From positions 1-52,409 of the IMG/VR virus record IMGVR_UViG_3300028588_000383: a stretch of DNA of 52,409 nucleotides. One strand, given 5' to 3'. The notes beneath the pieces were generated by a model. The model saw only the letters and a program-made list of their open reading frames with translations, made no database searches and was not told where the DNA came from. This document shows positions 8,148-17,897 of this stretch, in pieces. Source of the DNA: a virus (Duplodnaviria > Caudoviricetes). How positions within the stretch are numbered: position 1 is the stretch's first letter; each line of letters begins with the position of its first letter. A program made the position numbers and the translations under genes.

Positions 8148-11100
8148 GTGATCTCCACCATCATCGGCCCACCTCCTAAAGTTGCTTTATCCAGAACCTC
8201 GGCAGTTGCGACCGCCCCGTCCGCACCACGCGAAACTTCGCTGCGCAGAAGCTCAAGCTCGGTACGTACAGCACGAAGCTCCGTAACCAAAGCAGCGTTG
8301 TCATTGCGTGGAGGGTTGCGCAGGGCGTCCATCAGCGACTGCGTGCTGTGAATCCGCGATGGACCAGTGGCCTCAATCTCGACGCCCACCTCACCCACCG
8401 CGCGGATGCCGCCGGCGAAGTCGCCCCCGTTCGCGAAGCCCGGGATTTTCTTGGCTGCGGCATCCTTCTGCGCCGCTTTCATCCAATCCGCCTTCTCGGC
8501 CTCGCTCATGGTCGGCCCGTAGGCGTCCTTCCAGAATGCGAGCCCCTCGGCGTCTGGCTCACGCCCCAGCACGCTCTGGTAGAGCTTTCTGAGGTCCGCC
8601 TCGGTCGAGCTGGCGATGCCGCCCACGATCGTGCCGATCGGCGTGCCGCCGGCGGCAGCGTTCTGCCACCACTCGAAACCAGCCGCATCGGGCGCACGGC
8701 CCAGGTGCTGCTGGTAGGCGTTGTTGATCGCAGCGCCGGCCGACACGACCGGGTTGGTGTTCGCTGCCGCGACGGCGCCGTGCAGCGCCCGGATTCCCTG
8801 CTCGATCGACAGCAGCGTGGTCGACTGCCCCTTCGTCTCGTCGATCAGCGCCTGGGCGTTCTTCAGCACTCCATCGAGCGTTTCCAGCTGGTCCTGCGCA
8901 GCCTTCAACGCCTTCTCCTCGACCGACAACTGGCTGTCGGTAATGCCGGCCAGCTCGCCGATGTCGTTCTGCGTCTTGTACAGGTCGCGCAGGTAGTCGG
9001 TGTATGAGCTGAACTGGCTCGATGCATCCTGCTGAACAGCAGCAAGTGCATTCTTCAGCGAGTCCGCAGCCGGAAGCGGGCCGCCGGCCTGCGCAATCGC
9101 CAGTGCGGCGCGCAGTTGGGCCTGGCCCTCTGCTCGAGCACCCAGCTTCTGCTCCGGCGACTGCATGCTGTCGAGCGTGCTGCGCAGGGACTGGGACAAC
9201 GACTGCAGCTTCGTCACGGATGCCGTGTGTGCATCGACGCTGGACTGGACTGCTGCTTTCTCACGCGCCACCACATTCTGGAGTGCGGAGAATGCACCAT
9301 CTACGCCACCCAGCAGCACCGATGCGGCAGCCTTGACCTGCTCGGTTGCCTTGGCGGCGGCCTGCAGGTCCCACAGCTGCTGCGTGGCGCCGCGCAGCGC
9401 CGGGTCGAGCGCCGCCAGAGCTGCCGCATGCTGCTGCGCCAGAACCGATGCAGCGCCGGCCTTATCGCCGGTCAGCTCATAAATCTGAGCCTGCAGTTCG
9501 AGCATCGCAGCCGCCGTCTGCAGCGCTGATGCCGTTTTGTCGATCTCAGGGTAGACCTGGGCGAACCCCTCCTGCACCTTCATCAGCGCTGCGTACCGCT
9601 TCGCACCCTCTTCGGTGGTCAGCGCGCCGCTGTTGACCAAGTCGAGCACCGCGTCCTTGAACTCCTCGCGCGTGTCTACGCTGGCCAGGCCGAGCGCCGC
9701 CATCTGCTCGGTGACCGCCTTCATCACCGGCGCATTCCGCTCCGCTTCGGAGAGGAAGTTCTGGTGGAAGAAGGCGGTGCTGGTGGCGAACGCCTCTACG
9801 CCGCCGGCAGCCGCCAGGAACTGCTCACGCGCGCCCAGCGACGACACGCCGGCCGCGCCGAACGTGACGCCGATGGCCGTGAATGCCTCGTCGATGGTCG
9901 CGTAATCCGACACCAGGCGCTGCAAGGTCGCGCTCACGCTCTCGCCGGCGGCAGAGAACGACGCCACCGACGGCAGGATCAGCAGCGACAGGTCGTCGCC
10001 GATCTCGCCGAACAGCGTGGCGATCGCTTCCTTGTTCTTCTCCTCGTCAGCACCGAGCTGCAGCTTGATCTGCTTGTTGTAGCCGTCGATGACGTTCGCC
10101 TCGATGCCCAGCGTCGACGCGAAGCCGCGCGCCGCGTCCATCAGGGCCTTCGTGCTGTCGGAGAATCCGCTCTGCTGCTCGGCGCTCAGCTCGCTGGTCT
10201 GCGTATAGCGCTTGTCGCTGCGGAACCAGCCACCCTTTTCCAGGATCTTCGCGTAGTTCTCGCCAGCGAAGCCGCTCGCGCTCACCAAGCCGCGCACGCC
10301 GCCCTCCTCGATTTCAGGATTCTTGCGCCCGAACAGCTTCGAGATCGGCCCCATGCCGGCGAAAATGTTGGCCGCCGAGTCGCTCAGGCCGATCCCCTTG
10401 AGGATGTTGTTGGCCAAGAACATCGGCGCGTTCACCACCTTGCCCAGCGAATTCACCGTCCCGTTGTTGGCGTCCCAGCCCTGCTTGTACAGATTGTTCG
10501 ACAGGGCCATGCCGGCGGCGATCCAACCAGCGATCGGAATGGCGTAGGTGCCGGCGCTCATGCCGGCAGAAGCGCCGGCGGCCAGGTTCCCGGAGGTCTG
10601 GGCCGACGCATACATCGCCGCCATGCCGGTGTTGCCACCGGCGGCCGACAGGCCGGCGCCGAAGGATGACATGGCGGACGAGCCGAACGCGGTACCTGCG
10701 GACGACGCCCAGCCACCAAGGGTGCTCGCGATCCCCCCGGTGAAACCGGAATAGATCGTTTTGCCCATGCTGACCAGGTTCGATGCGTTGCTGAAGATGC
10801 TGCCAGCACCGCCGCTGCCGCCTTCGGCGCCGCCCAAGAGTCCGCCCAACTGGCCCAGGCCGCCCTGGCTGCTCGTCTGGGCGCTGATGTTGATGATCCA
10901 CTTCTTCAGCGTCATCTGGTACAGCCAGTCGAAGAACGTATTCTTCGCGGCGTCCTTCATCCGCTGGAACATGTTCTTGCTGCCATCCTGGATCGACACG
11001 AACGTATCGTGCGCGGTCTTTTCGATGTCGGTCCAGAAATCCTTCGTTTTTTCCAACTCAGCCCGGCTCGCAACTGCATTGGCGCTGCGCTCTTTTAGGT

Positions 11101-13390
11101 CGATTACGCGTTGCAAGTCTTCGATTTCTTCAGCGCTCAGCTCCCGGCCGAGGCGCTGTGTTTCTTGCTCCATTAAACGAGCGGCCTGCAGCCGAATGAT
11201 TGCCGCCTCCGTCATGCCGAAGGTCTGCACCAATTTCTCGTTTTGATCGGCCTCAGCTCGTGCCGAATCAATCAGCTTGTATCGCTCTTGCGCAAGATCA
11301 GTTGCATTATCAGTTAGCTTCTGCTGAAGTTTCTCCCATTCGCGATTGGAGGCGGCCAAGCGTTCATTAGCGCTCGCTTCGTTAATAAGTGAGCGCGCAT
11401 TTTGTTCTTGGGTTTGCGTCAATTTAATCTTGCCGCGCGCCAGATCATTTGTGAGATCCAGGTGCGCTTTTTCGGCCGATGTCAGATCTTTCAGCCCCAA
11501 AGCTTCCCGCGCCGTGGATTCAACTCGATCGCTAAGTTGAAAAACCAAGTCGCGATAAGCGTTGGCCTGCTTTTCTGCTTCGTCTGCGGCCTCCTTCGCC
11601 GAGGCAGCTAATTTCTTGTTCTGCTCTTCCGCAGCCTTCCCGGCCTCGGACGACTTGTACGTCTCTCTTGCTAGTTTCGACACCAGGTCGGTGTATTCAG
11701 CCTGCCCGATTGCGCCTTTATTCAAGGCCGCTTGAAGCAGGCCAAGGTCCTTGAGATAGTTTCCATTCACTCCGTTCAAACGCTCGCGTATATCGACGAG
11801 CGCTTTTGCGGCCTGCCCGTTGGCTTGCTCCTGACGCTTCAACTCAAGGTTATCCGTCATCTCCTTATTCAGCCCGTTATAAAGGCCTTGCAAGCTGATC
11901 AAGCGAATCTGATCCGATGCGTCGAGATTTGCGCCGCGTGCCTTGAGTTCGTTGATATCTCTCAGCGTTTCGGCAAGCTGGTCTGTGCCAGTTCCGCCCT
12001 GGAGCAATTCGTCACTAGCTCCGGCCTGCTGCTGCAATTTGAGGCGCTCTCGCAGTTTCTCATTTTGCTTTTCCAGACTTGCAGTCACTTCTGCGGTGCT
12101 CGCCTTAGTGTCCGCAGCGGCACGCTCGTTTGCCTCTTCCTGCTTCTGTTGGTAATAACTCCAGCCGGTTGCCGCAAGGCCGAGCGCGGTAATTACAACA
12201 CCTATCGGCCCACCCAAAAATGCAGTGGCAGCCTTCAATCTGTTTGCCCCTACTGCAGCTGCGGCCTGCGCGACGACGAGACCATTCATCGCTCGCGTGT
12301 GAGCCGCCGCTGCGACCGTGGCTGCCGTTTGGGCAGGGATCAGCCCGTTAGTCGTCAACGCCAAGCGAATATTGCTATCTGCCGCAATCGTCGCCGCGCG
12401 AATCTCAGCGAGCCGCGCATTCGCGAGCAGTGATGCCTGCGCCGTCGCCGTGGCGTTGGCCTGAGCTGTCGCCAGATTGGAGGCAACGAGCATTCGATTG
12501 GACTGTGCTTGCTGAGCCGTGCGCGTAATGAGTGTGTCGAAGAAACTTACGATTTTAACCGCAGCTACTGTCACCAGCGCCCCGGCCACCAAGGTCAGAT
12601 TATTTGCCAGTGTCGACAGCGCAGTACTGATCGCAGACACTGCACCAGACGATTGCGCCGTGGACCCGACGAATTCGATGACGTTGTTTTTGAGGACGGT
12701 AAACGAGCCGGAAATGGTCTGAATGTTCTTCGCTTCTTCGCGCAGTTTGTCCAGAGCTTTCGGCAACACGCTGGCCATGATTTCCGAAGTAATTTGACCC
12801 TCTTCCGCCATCTTCTTGAGGGCTCCGACTGGCACGCCTATTCCATCTGCCAACGCCAGCATCACTCGCGGAGCGGCTTCGTTCACCGCATTGAATTCCT
12901 CGCCACGCAGCGTGCCCGAGGCGAATGCCTGCGAAAGCTGCAGCTGCGCGGAGGCGGCTTCAGACGCAGTTGCGCCCGAGACCAGCAGAGACAGGTTCAC
13001 CGTCTCGGTGATCGCCGCCACCTGTTTCTGAGAGACGCCGAGCTCGCGAACTCCGTTTGAGATCCGCGCATAGAGCACGCCAGTTTCTTGAAGCCCCTGC
13101 GTTGCCTGGGACGAAATGCGTTTGACGTCAGCGTAGGCTGCGTTGTATTCGCGCTGGGACTGCGTAGCCAGCTTGAGCTGTGAGGTGAATTTCACGTATT
13201 CGTCAACCATGCCAGCGAACTGCTGCACACCGAAACCAGCAGCGATACCAGCCAGCGCAGCCTTCGCGGCGGTGGCCGCACGCTCCATGCCTGCCGTGGC
13301 GTTGCCAACGACCTGGCGCGCCGAGTCCATGTCGCGCTGCAGGCGCGCGATGTCTGCGCGCAGCCGGATTTCCATGTCGCCGATGATCAT
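8144..13390 (-). CDS. tail tape measure protein with C-terminal DUF4214-like domains
   Basis: Tape-measure domain (QLSQAFASGTLRGEEFNAVNE), long Ala-rich helical body, GFANGGDFAGGIRAVGEVGVE end. Start MIIGDM at 13390. Confidence 0.92.
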   Translation of the reverse strand: MIIGDMEIRLRADIARLQRDMDSARQVVGNATAGMERAATAAKAALAGIAAGFGVQQFAGMVDEYVKFTSQLKLATQSQREYNAAYADVKRISSQATQGLQETGVLYARISNGVRELGVSQKQVAAITETVNLSLLVSGATASEAASAQLQLSQAFASGTLRGEEFNAVNEAAPRVMLALADGIGVPVGALKKMAEEGQITSEIMASVLPKALDKLREEAKNIQTISGSFTVLKNNVIEFVGSTAQSSGAVSAISTALSTLANNLTLVAGALVTVAAVKIVSFFDTLITRTAQQAQSNRMLVASNLATAQANATATAQASLLANARLAEIRAATIAADSNIRLALTTNGLIPAQTAATVAAAAHTRAMNGLVVAQAAAAVGANRLKAATAFLGGPIGVVITALGLAATGWSYYQQKQEEANERAAADTKASTAEVTASLEKQNEKLRERLKLQQQAGASDELLQGGTGTDQLAETLRDINELKARGANLDASDQIRLISLQGLYNGLNKEMTDNLELKRQEQANGQAAKALVDIRERLNGVNGNYLKDLGLLQAALNKGAIGQAEYTDLVSKLARETYKSSEAGKAAEEQNKKLAASAKEAADEAEKQANAYRDLVFQLSDRVESTAREALGLKDLTSAEKAHLDLTNDLARGKIKLTQTQEQNARSLINEASANERLAASNREWEKLQQKLTDNATDLAQERYKLIDSARAEADQNEKLVQTFGMTEAAIIRLQAARLMEQETQRLGRELSAEEIEDLQRVIDLKERSANAVASRAELEKTKDFWTDIEKTAHDTFVSIQDGSKNMFQRMKDAAKNTFFDWLYQMTLKKWIINISAQTSSQGGLGQLGGLLGGAEGGSGGAGSIFSNASNLVSMGKTIYSGFTGGIASTLGGWASSAGTAFGSSAMSSFGAGLSAAGGNTGMAAMYASAQTSGNLAAGASAGMSAGTYAIPIAGWIAAGMALSNNLYKQGWDANNGTVNSLGKVVNAPMFLANNILKGIGLSDSAANIFAGMGPISKLFGRKNPEIEEGGVRGLVSASGFAGENYAKILEKGGWFRSDKRYTQTSELSAEQQSGFSDSTKALMDAARGFASTLGIEANVIDGYNKQIKLQLGADEEKNKEAIATLFGEIGDDLSLLILPSVASFSAAGESVSATLQRLVSDYATIDEAFTAIGVTFGAAGVSSLGAREQFLAAAGGVEAFATSTAFFHQNFLSEAERNAPVMKAVTEQMAALGLASVDTREEFKDAVLDLVNSGALTTEEGAKRYAALMKVQEGFAQVYPEIDKTASALQTAAAMLELQAQIYELTGDKAGAASVLAQQHAAALAALDPALRGATQQLWDLQAAAKATEQVKAAASVLLGGVDGAFSALQNVVAREKAAVQSSVDAHTASVTKLQSLSQSLRSTLDSMQSPEQKLGARAEGQAQLRAALAIAQAGGPLPAADSLKNALAAVQQDASSQFSSYTDYLRDLYKTQNDIGELAGITDSQLSVEEKALKAAQDQLETLDGVLKNAQALIDETKGQSTTLLSIEQGIRALHGAVAAANTNPVVSAGAAINNAYQQHLGRAPDAAGFEWWQNAAAGGTPIGTIVGGIASSTEADLRKLYQSVLGREPDAEGLAFWKDAYGPTMSEAEKADWMKAAQKDAAAKKIPGFANGGDFAGGIRAVGEVGVEIEATGPSRIHSTQSLMDALRNPPRNDNAALVTELRAVRTELELLRSEVSRGADGAVATAEVLDKATLGGGPMMVEIT

Positions 13391-13461
13391 CTTGGACTCC
13401 AAAACAACGAGCCGCACGCGGCGGCCCTGGTTCACAAATAAATGCCTGGTGCGCAAAGCGC

Positions 13462-13824
13462 TCAGGCGATACTGCTTTGCTGCTGGATCGCCTCAAGGGC
13501 AACCTGATCGAAGGCCTCGATAACGTCCAGCTCCCATGCAGAGAAACGCACTCGGTGCAGCTGCTGAAAGGCCAAGATGTTTTCGGGCAAGATCGGGCCT
13601 GGCCCATTGACTGTCATCGAGCGCCCGATGCCGCGAAACGCGTCCCACAGGGGGCGGCCGATGCGCGGCCAGTCGACGTTCAGGCGCGGATCTGGCACGC
13701 CTGTATTCGTGGCCGCGCGCTGCAGATGCGTGCGCAGCGTGGCGCCGTCACCCTGGCGCGCGGCCAGTTCATACTCGGCTCGCGCGCAGGCCGTCAGGCT
13801 TTCGGCGAGGCGACGATAAAAAGC
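13462..13824 (-). CDS. tail assembly chaperone extension (gpT-like, expressed by -1 frameshift)
   Basis: Open frame overlapping the end of the gpG-like gene with no good start of its own. LW..F..I..R..NGPGPI..W..WELDVI..D motif. Confidence 0.7.
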   Translation of the reverse strand, partial: AFYRRLAESLTACARAEYELAARQGDGATLRTHLQRAATNTGVPDPRLNVDWPRIGRPLWDAFRGIGRSMTVNGPGPILPENILAFQQLHRVRFSAWELDVIEAFDQVALEAIQQQSSIA

Positions 13825-14246
13825 TCGGTCTTCTGGATGCCGGCGCGCACCTGGCCGCGCAGCCATTGTTTGGTCGGATCGGTCAGCGCGGCGCGCACGT
13901 TCGCCGGCGAGAATTCCAGCGGCTGGCCGCCCTTGGTCAGGTTCCAGCTGAGGCACGATGCCACCAGGTATTCGGTCTCGTCCTCGATGTCTTCCAGCGG
14001 ATCGGACGACGCGATCTTGCCGTTGGCCGAGAATTCGGCGCGCAGCTTGCGGGTGCGTGCCAGGTCGATGCGCTTGCGGGCGCCGTGCTCCGGGCTGGCC
14101 AGCTCGATGAAGGTGCTGGTCGGCTCCTTCGTTTTCGGGTTCACGAGGAACAGCTTGCCACTCAGGATGTCGTCGAAGGCGTCGATGTCGAGCGAGTCGA
14201 CCAGTTTGTTCAGCAGTTCGGATGGTTGTGCGGTGATTGCGTTCAT
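13794..14246 (-). CDS. tail assembly chaperone (gpG-like)
   Basis: Between tail tube and tape measure; acidic, with SWNL..G..LEFSPANV..W motif. Confidence 0.75.
   Translation of the reverse strand: MNAITAQPSELLNKLVDSLDIDAFDDILSGKLFLVNPKTKEPTSTFIELASPEHGARKRIDLARTRKLRAEFSANGKIASSDPLEDIEDETEYLVASCLSWNLTKGGQPLEFSPANVRAALTDPTKQWLRGQVRAGIQKTELFIVASPKA
13817..13824 (-). other. candidate -1 programmed frameshift site G CTT TTT A
   Basis: Zero frame reads ..TELFIVASPKA*; -1 frame reads ..FYRRLAESLTA. Canonical position between tail tube and tape measure. Confidence 0.6.
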
Positions 14247-14354
14247 GGTTTTCTCTTTCGCGGAGGTGATAAATGCCCGTGCCGCCTGCCGCGCCCGCGA
14301 AAGGCGACGGCAGTCGGTCGGTGCCTGGGTTGCCGCACGGTGGCGGCGAAGGGG

Positions 14355-15575
14355 TTACGCCGCGCTGTCCTGCACGGTGATGGTGGTCATTTCGGTGGCC
14401 TTGCCGGCGCCGCCGGTGCCGTCAAGCAGCGCCTGGAACGGGATCGTCTGGATCAGCACCTTCTCGCCGTCGTCCTTTGCCGCGCCATTGAGCTTGATGC
14501 GGCTCATGGTGAAGCCGACGAAGTCGGACGCGGCCGAGTTGTCGGCGGTGAAGACCAGGGAGGCGCCGACTTCGGTCTCGTTCACGAACGCATCGCGCAG
14601 CGCGGTCGAGTCGAATTTCGCAGTGATCTGGCCGGTGACGATCACGCGGCCGGTGGCCACCTGGTCGGCGGTGTTCGAACCGATGCCCGGCTCGCTCGAC
14701 TGCGCCGCGGTGATTTCGATGCTCGCACTGGTGATCGTGCCGCCGATAGCTGAACCGACCTTCACGACGCCGTTCACCGCCGCCATGGTGCCGGTAACGG
14801 TCACCGGGGTCGGGTTGGTGAAGTACTGCGCCGTGCCCGGGGTCATGTCCTTGCCGGTGAACTCCACCGCCACGGTCGCCATGCCGGTGGCCGGCAGCGT
14901 GTAGCTCACCTTCGAAACCTTGCAGCCGGTGAAGACTTCGCTCGCGCCGGTCGCGCCGGCGTCCGGATACCAGTGCTCGATCGCGAACGACTTGTCGATG
15001 TGCCCGGCCTGCGGGGTGAACGACTTCTTGCCGGCTACCACCAGGGTTGCGCTCGCGATCGGGCCCTGCGCCACCAGCGCCGACGCGTTCAGCACGATGC
15101 CAGTCATGACGGTCGCCGTCAGCGCGGTCACCAGGATGTTTTTGTCCAGGTTAGCCGGGTTGAAGGCGCCGGCGGTCAGGCGGACCACGTCGCCGGTCTT
15201 GACGCCATCGGTCAGCCAGGAGCCGGCCGCGCGCGTGAGCGTCCACGCGCCGGCAGCGCCGGCGATGGTGATCGAGGCGTTAGCGACCGAGACGCCGGCC
15301 ACGAAGTCCTTCTTCAGGACGGCAGCCACGAAGTCGCCGTAGGTCTTGGCCGACAGCTCACCGCTGATCGAGCCGCCCACCTTGCGCAGGCCGTGGCGGA
15401 AGTCGCCAACCTGGAAGTCAGGGCGGATCTCGGCCGACTGATAGGTGTCCTTCGTCAGGTCCAGCGACGAGGTGGTGCGGCGCATCGCCTGCGCGGCGCC
15501 GGCGGGCGGCATGACGCCGTAGGTGGTCTCTACCTTGTAGGTGACCTGCTTGAATACTCCGCTTGCGGTTCCCAT
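14355..15575 (-). CDS. major tail tube protein
   Basis: ETTYG, YQSAEIRPD, GGSISGELS, SFAIEH, FTGCKV motifs; position after tail terminator. Confidence 0.85.
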   Translation of the reverse strand: MGTASGVFKQVTYKVETTYGVMPPAGAAQAMRRTTSSLDLTKDTYQSAEIRPDFQVGDFRHGLRKVGGSISGELSAKTYGDFVAAVLKKDFVAGVSVANASITIAGAAGAWTLTRAAGSWLTDGVKTGDVVRLTAGAFNPANLDKNILVTALTATVMTGIVLNASALVAQGPIASATLVVAGKKSFTPQAGHIDKSFAIEHWYPDAGATGASEVFTGCKVSKVSYTLPATGMATVAVEFTGKDMTPGTAQYFTNPTPVTVTGTMAAVNGVVKVGSAIGGTITSASIEITAAQSSEPGIGSNTADQVATGRVIVTGQITAKFDSTALRDAFVNETEVGASLVFTADNSAASDFVGFTMSRIKLNGAAKDDGEKVLIQTIPFQALLDGTGGAGKATEMTTITVQDSAA

Positions 15576-15593
15576 GGTTCTCCTTTGGGCATG

Positions 15594-15626
15594 AAAAAAG
15601 CCCGCAAGCGGATGCTGTGCGGGCCC
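15594..15626 (-). terminator. hairpin/terminator before tail tube gene
   Basis: GCCCGCA..TGCGGGC stem followed by TTTTTT on the minus strand. Confidence 0.5.
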
Positions 15627-15647
15627 GGGTTGAATGCGGTGTTGCTG

Positions 15648-16049
15648 CTAGTTCTGTTCGTGGTACGTGACCTTGAAGTCGATGCTCTTGACCGGGTTTC
15701 CGGCCGCGTCCTCCAGATCGGGGCCGACCGTGTCGCGCAGCACGCTGACGACGTCGACGCCAGCGATTTTGCCGCGCTGGAAATTGCAGGCGCGCCGGAC
15801 CAGGCCGAGCACCGCCTGCACCTCCGGATATTCCTTCGCCGCCACCGTCACCTGCACGCGGCTCGTGACGAGCGAGTACGCGGACTGCGCATCGATCGCG
15901 CCGATCGGTACCAGGCCCACCTCGGTGACGCCGATCGCTGGCAGGCTGGCGTCAGCCTCCACGTCGCCGGCGGCGATGCTGTCGACCTGGACGCGCGCCA
16001 GCACGGCGGCGTCGGCGAGCAGCAGCGCGCGGATGGCTTTCACGCTCAT
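15648..16049 (-). CDS. tail terminator/completion protein (DUF3168-like)
   Basis: AIRALLLAD..LPAI..SRVQVTV motifs; neck gene order. Confidence 0.75.
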   Translation of the reverse strand: MSVKAIRALLLADAAVLARVQVDSIAAGDVEADASLPAIGVTEVGLVPIGAIDAQSAYSLVTSRVQVTVAAKEYPEVQAVLGLVRRACNFQRGKIAGVDVVSVLRDTVGPDLEDAAGNPVKSIDFKVTYHEQN

Positions 16050-16528
16050 GATCCCTCCGGTGCTGGCACGTTGATGTTTTCCTTCGTCAGGCGTTCACGG
16101 ATCTTGGCGCCGACTGCCGCGACCGCCGGCGTCGCGCCGGCGTCGAACGCAGGGCGTGCAAACGGGTGCGCCTTCGCGCCTGGGTGATCGACCTCGCGGA
16201 CTGCATTGCCGTTGACGACCAGCGCGCTGCCCTTCTTTGCCCGGATCTTGTGCGCCGCCGTGCCGAACTCGACCAGGTGCGCATGCGGAGCCCGGCGCCC
16301 GCCGATCTTGACCGCGGCGTAGACCGTGCCCTTCTTCGTTCGAGTCGTCACGCGGATACTGCGGCGCAAGTCGCCCTCGTCGACTGGCACCCTGGCCTGC
16401 GCCGGCTTCTTGAATTCGTTGGCGCCGGCCCGGAGCGCCGAGCGCAAAATGTTCTTCTCGACTTTCACCGGCAGCGCCTGCAGGAATGCGTCGAGCTCGC
16501 GCCCACCAATAATCGATTCGTCAGCCAT
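16046..16528 (-). CDS. HK97 gp10-family neck protein
   Basis: PVDEGDLRRSI, HLVEFGT, HPFARPAFD. Start MADESI at 16528. Confidence 0.88.
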   Translation of the reverse strand: MADESIIGGRELDAFLQALPVKVEKNILRSALRAGANEFKKPAQARVPVDEGDLRRSIRVTTRTKKGTVYAAVKIGGRRAPHAHLVEFGTAAHKIRAKKGSALVVNGNAVREVDHPGAKAHPFARPAFDAGATPAVAAVGAKIRERLTKENINVPAPEGS

Positions 16529-16868
16529 GTGAATAACCCTCCAGCATGAATTCGACGTGCCGGCGGTCGTCCAGGAGAGCCGGGCCAGCAATGATCTGCA
16601 TGATGCGATCGCCCTTGCCGTGCAGGACGACGCGCATGGCGGCAGTGATCCGGTCATCGATCTGGATCCGCAGACGGGTGCGCGTCACCGACGTGGCCAC
16701 GCCGTTCGCCGAGGATTCGGCGCGGCTGGGCAGCTGGTCCTGCGCATTGGCCCAGACGTGGTCCGCGACTGGAACCCATGCCTCGATCTCGGTGCCGTAA
16801 TCGGGATCCCGCGCTACCGTGCGCCGCTCGATGGTTGCCTGTTCGTCGAGCCGGAACGGCGCCGTCAT
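16521..16868 (-). CDS. head closure / head-tail adaptor protein
   Basis: D.YG..IEAW..VWA, ITAAMRV motifs; gene order. Confidence 0.8.
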   Translation of the reverse strand: MTAPFRLDEQATIERRTVARDPDYGTEIEAWVPVADHVWANAQDQLPSRAESSANGVATSVTRTRLRIQIDDRITAAMRVVLHGKGDRIMQIIAGPALLDDRRHVEFMLEGYSHG

Positions 16869-17413
16869 CCGTACACCATGAAACGGTCAAGCCGGCGCGC
16901 CAGGTGCTGCACGTTTGGATTTGGGTAGTAGTGGTTCTCGATCATGCCCAGGATGTATTCCTTGATTGCCGGCGGCACGTCCGCTTCGGTCGGCCCGTAG
17001 CCGCATACGTACTGGATCTCGACTGCGTTGACGCGCTGTGCCTGCGTGGCCGGCCAGGCGCAGCCGGGCGCCGGCAGTAGCCAGCCCGGTGCGCTCTTCG
17101 TGTCGACCAGGTAATCGTCCGGATGCAGCGTCTGCAGCACGCCGTCGACGTCGTGGAACTTCACTTGGCCGACCGCCAGCAGGCCTGCCGGCGGCAGCTT
17201 GATCGCGCCAGCGCGCGGGAACTCGTTGAGCGACATCTCCCAGGTCTGCTCGATCAGCGCCCGGCCGATCTTGTGCTCGACTTCTTCAGTGATGCCACGC
17301 ACCCTGTCCTCGAGCTCGGCATCGAGCGCGGTGCCGCTGGCGCGTGCGGCGCGGCGTGCCGCCTCAATCAGCACCGCCAGTCTGGCCGGTGGAATGACCA
17401 GGCGCCGCTTCAT
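16865..17413 (-). CDS. head-tail connector protein (HK97 gp6-like)
   Basis: GRALIEQTW..FP, WP.T..RVNAVEIQYVCGYG, VPPAIK motifs. Confidence 0.85.
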   Translation of the reverse strand: MKRRLVIPPARLAVLIEAARRAARASGTALDAELEDRVRGITEEVEHKIGRALIEQTWEMSLNEFPRAGAIKLPPAGLLAVGQVKFHDVDGVLQTLHPDDYLVDTKSAPGWLLPAPGCAWPATQAQRVNAVEIQYVCGYGPTEADVPPAIKEYILGMIENHYYPNPNVQHLARRLDRFMVYG

Positions 17414-17562
17414 CGGACCGGCCCTTTCGTGGCGCCGCCAGTGACCGGCGCGCGGGCGTACTCGCCGCGCGCCGGCACTGGTTCCGGCCGGCTCTGAGTC
17501 TTCGTCGCGATGTCGCGCTCGAGCTGGGCGCGGACGGCTGGGAGTTTCGATACGTCGATCAT
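17410..17562 (-). CDS. small hypothetical protein (50 aa, MIDVSKLPAVR..)
   Basis: Translated by hand. Start and stop overlap both neighbouring genes. Confidence 0.55.
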   Translation of the reverse strand: MIDVSKLPAVRAQLERDIATKTQSRPEPVPARGEYARAPVTGGATKGPVR

Positions 17563-17897
17563 CAGGGGTCTACCTCATTGAACCAGGTTGTTTTGTCGAA
17601 CCGCTCGCCGTTGGCGCAGGTGACGCGCGCCACCCACCGCCAGTCAGGCGGCGGCGCTTCCGCGACCGGCCCCAAAAGGGCCACCACGTAGGTGCGCTGC
17701 GCGTCGCCCAGGGTCACCACCTCAATGCGTGGCTCTTCAACCTGCGCCACACCGACCAGGACCAGCACCACCGACTTCGCGGTGGTGGCCCGGTCGATCA
17801 GCTCCTGGGTGATGTCGGCGAGGTAGTGGCTGATTTCGTCGACGTCGCGGTCGACCGTCCACTTCTCGCCGATCTTAATTGGCTCTTTCGTGCTCAT
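17562..17897 (-). CDS. putative fibre adaptor/virion protein
   Basis: D.DE..Y..DI..EL N-terminus and RVTCANGERFDKT C-terminus, typical of Ig-like fibre adaptors. Confidence 0.55.
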   Translation of the reverse strand: MSTKEPIKIGEKWTVDRDVDEISHYLADITQELIDRATTAKSVVLVLVGVAQVEEPRIEVVTLGDAQRTYVVALLGPVAEAPPPDWRWVARVTCANGERFDKTTWFNEVDP

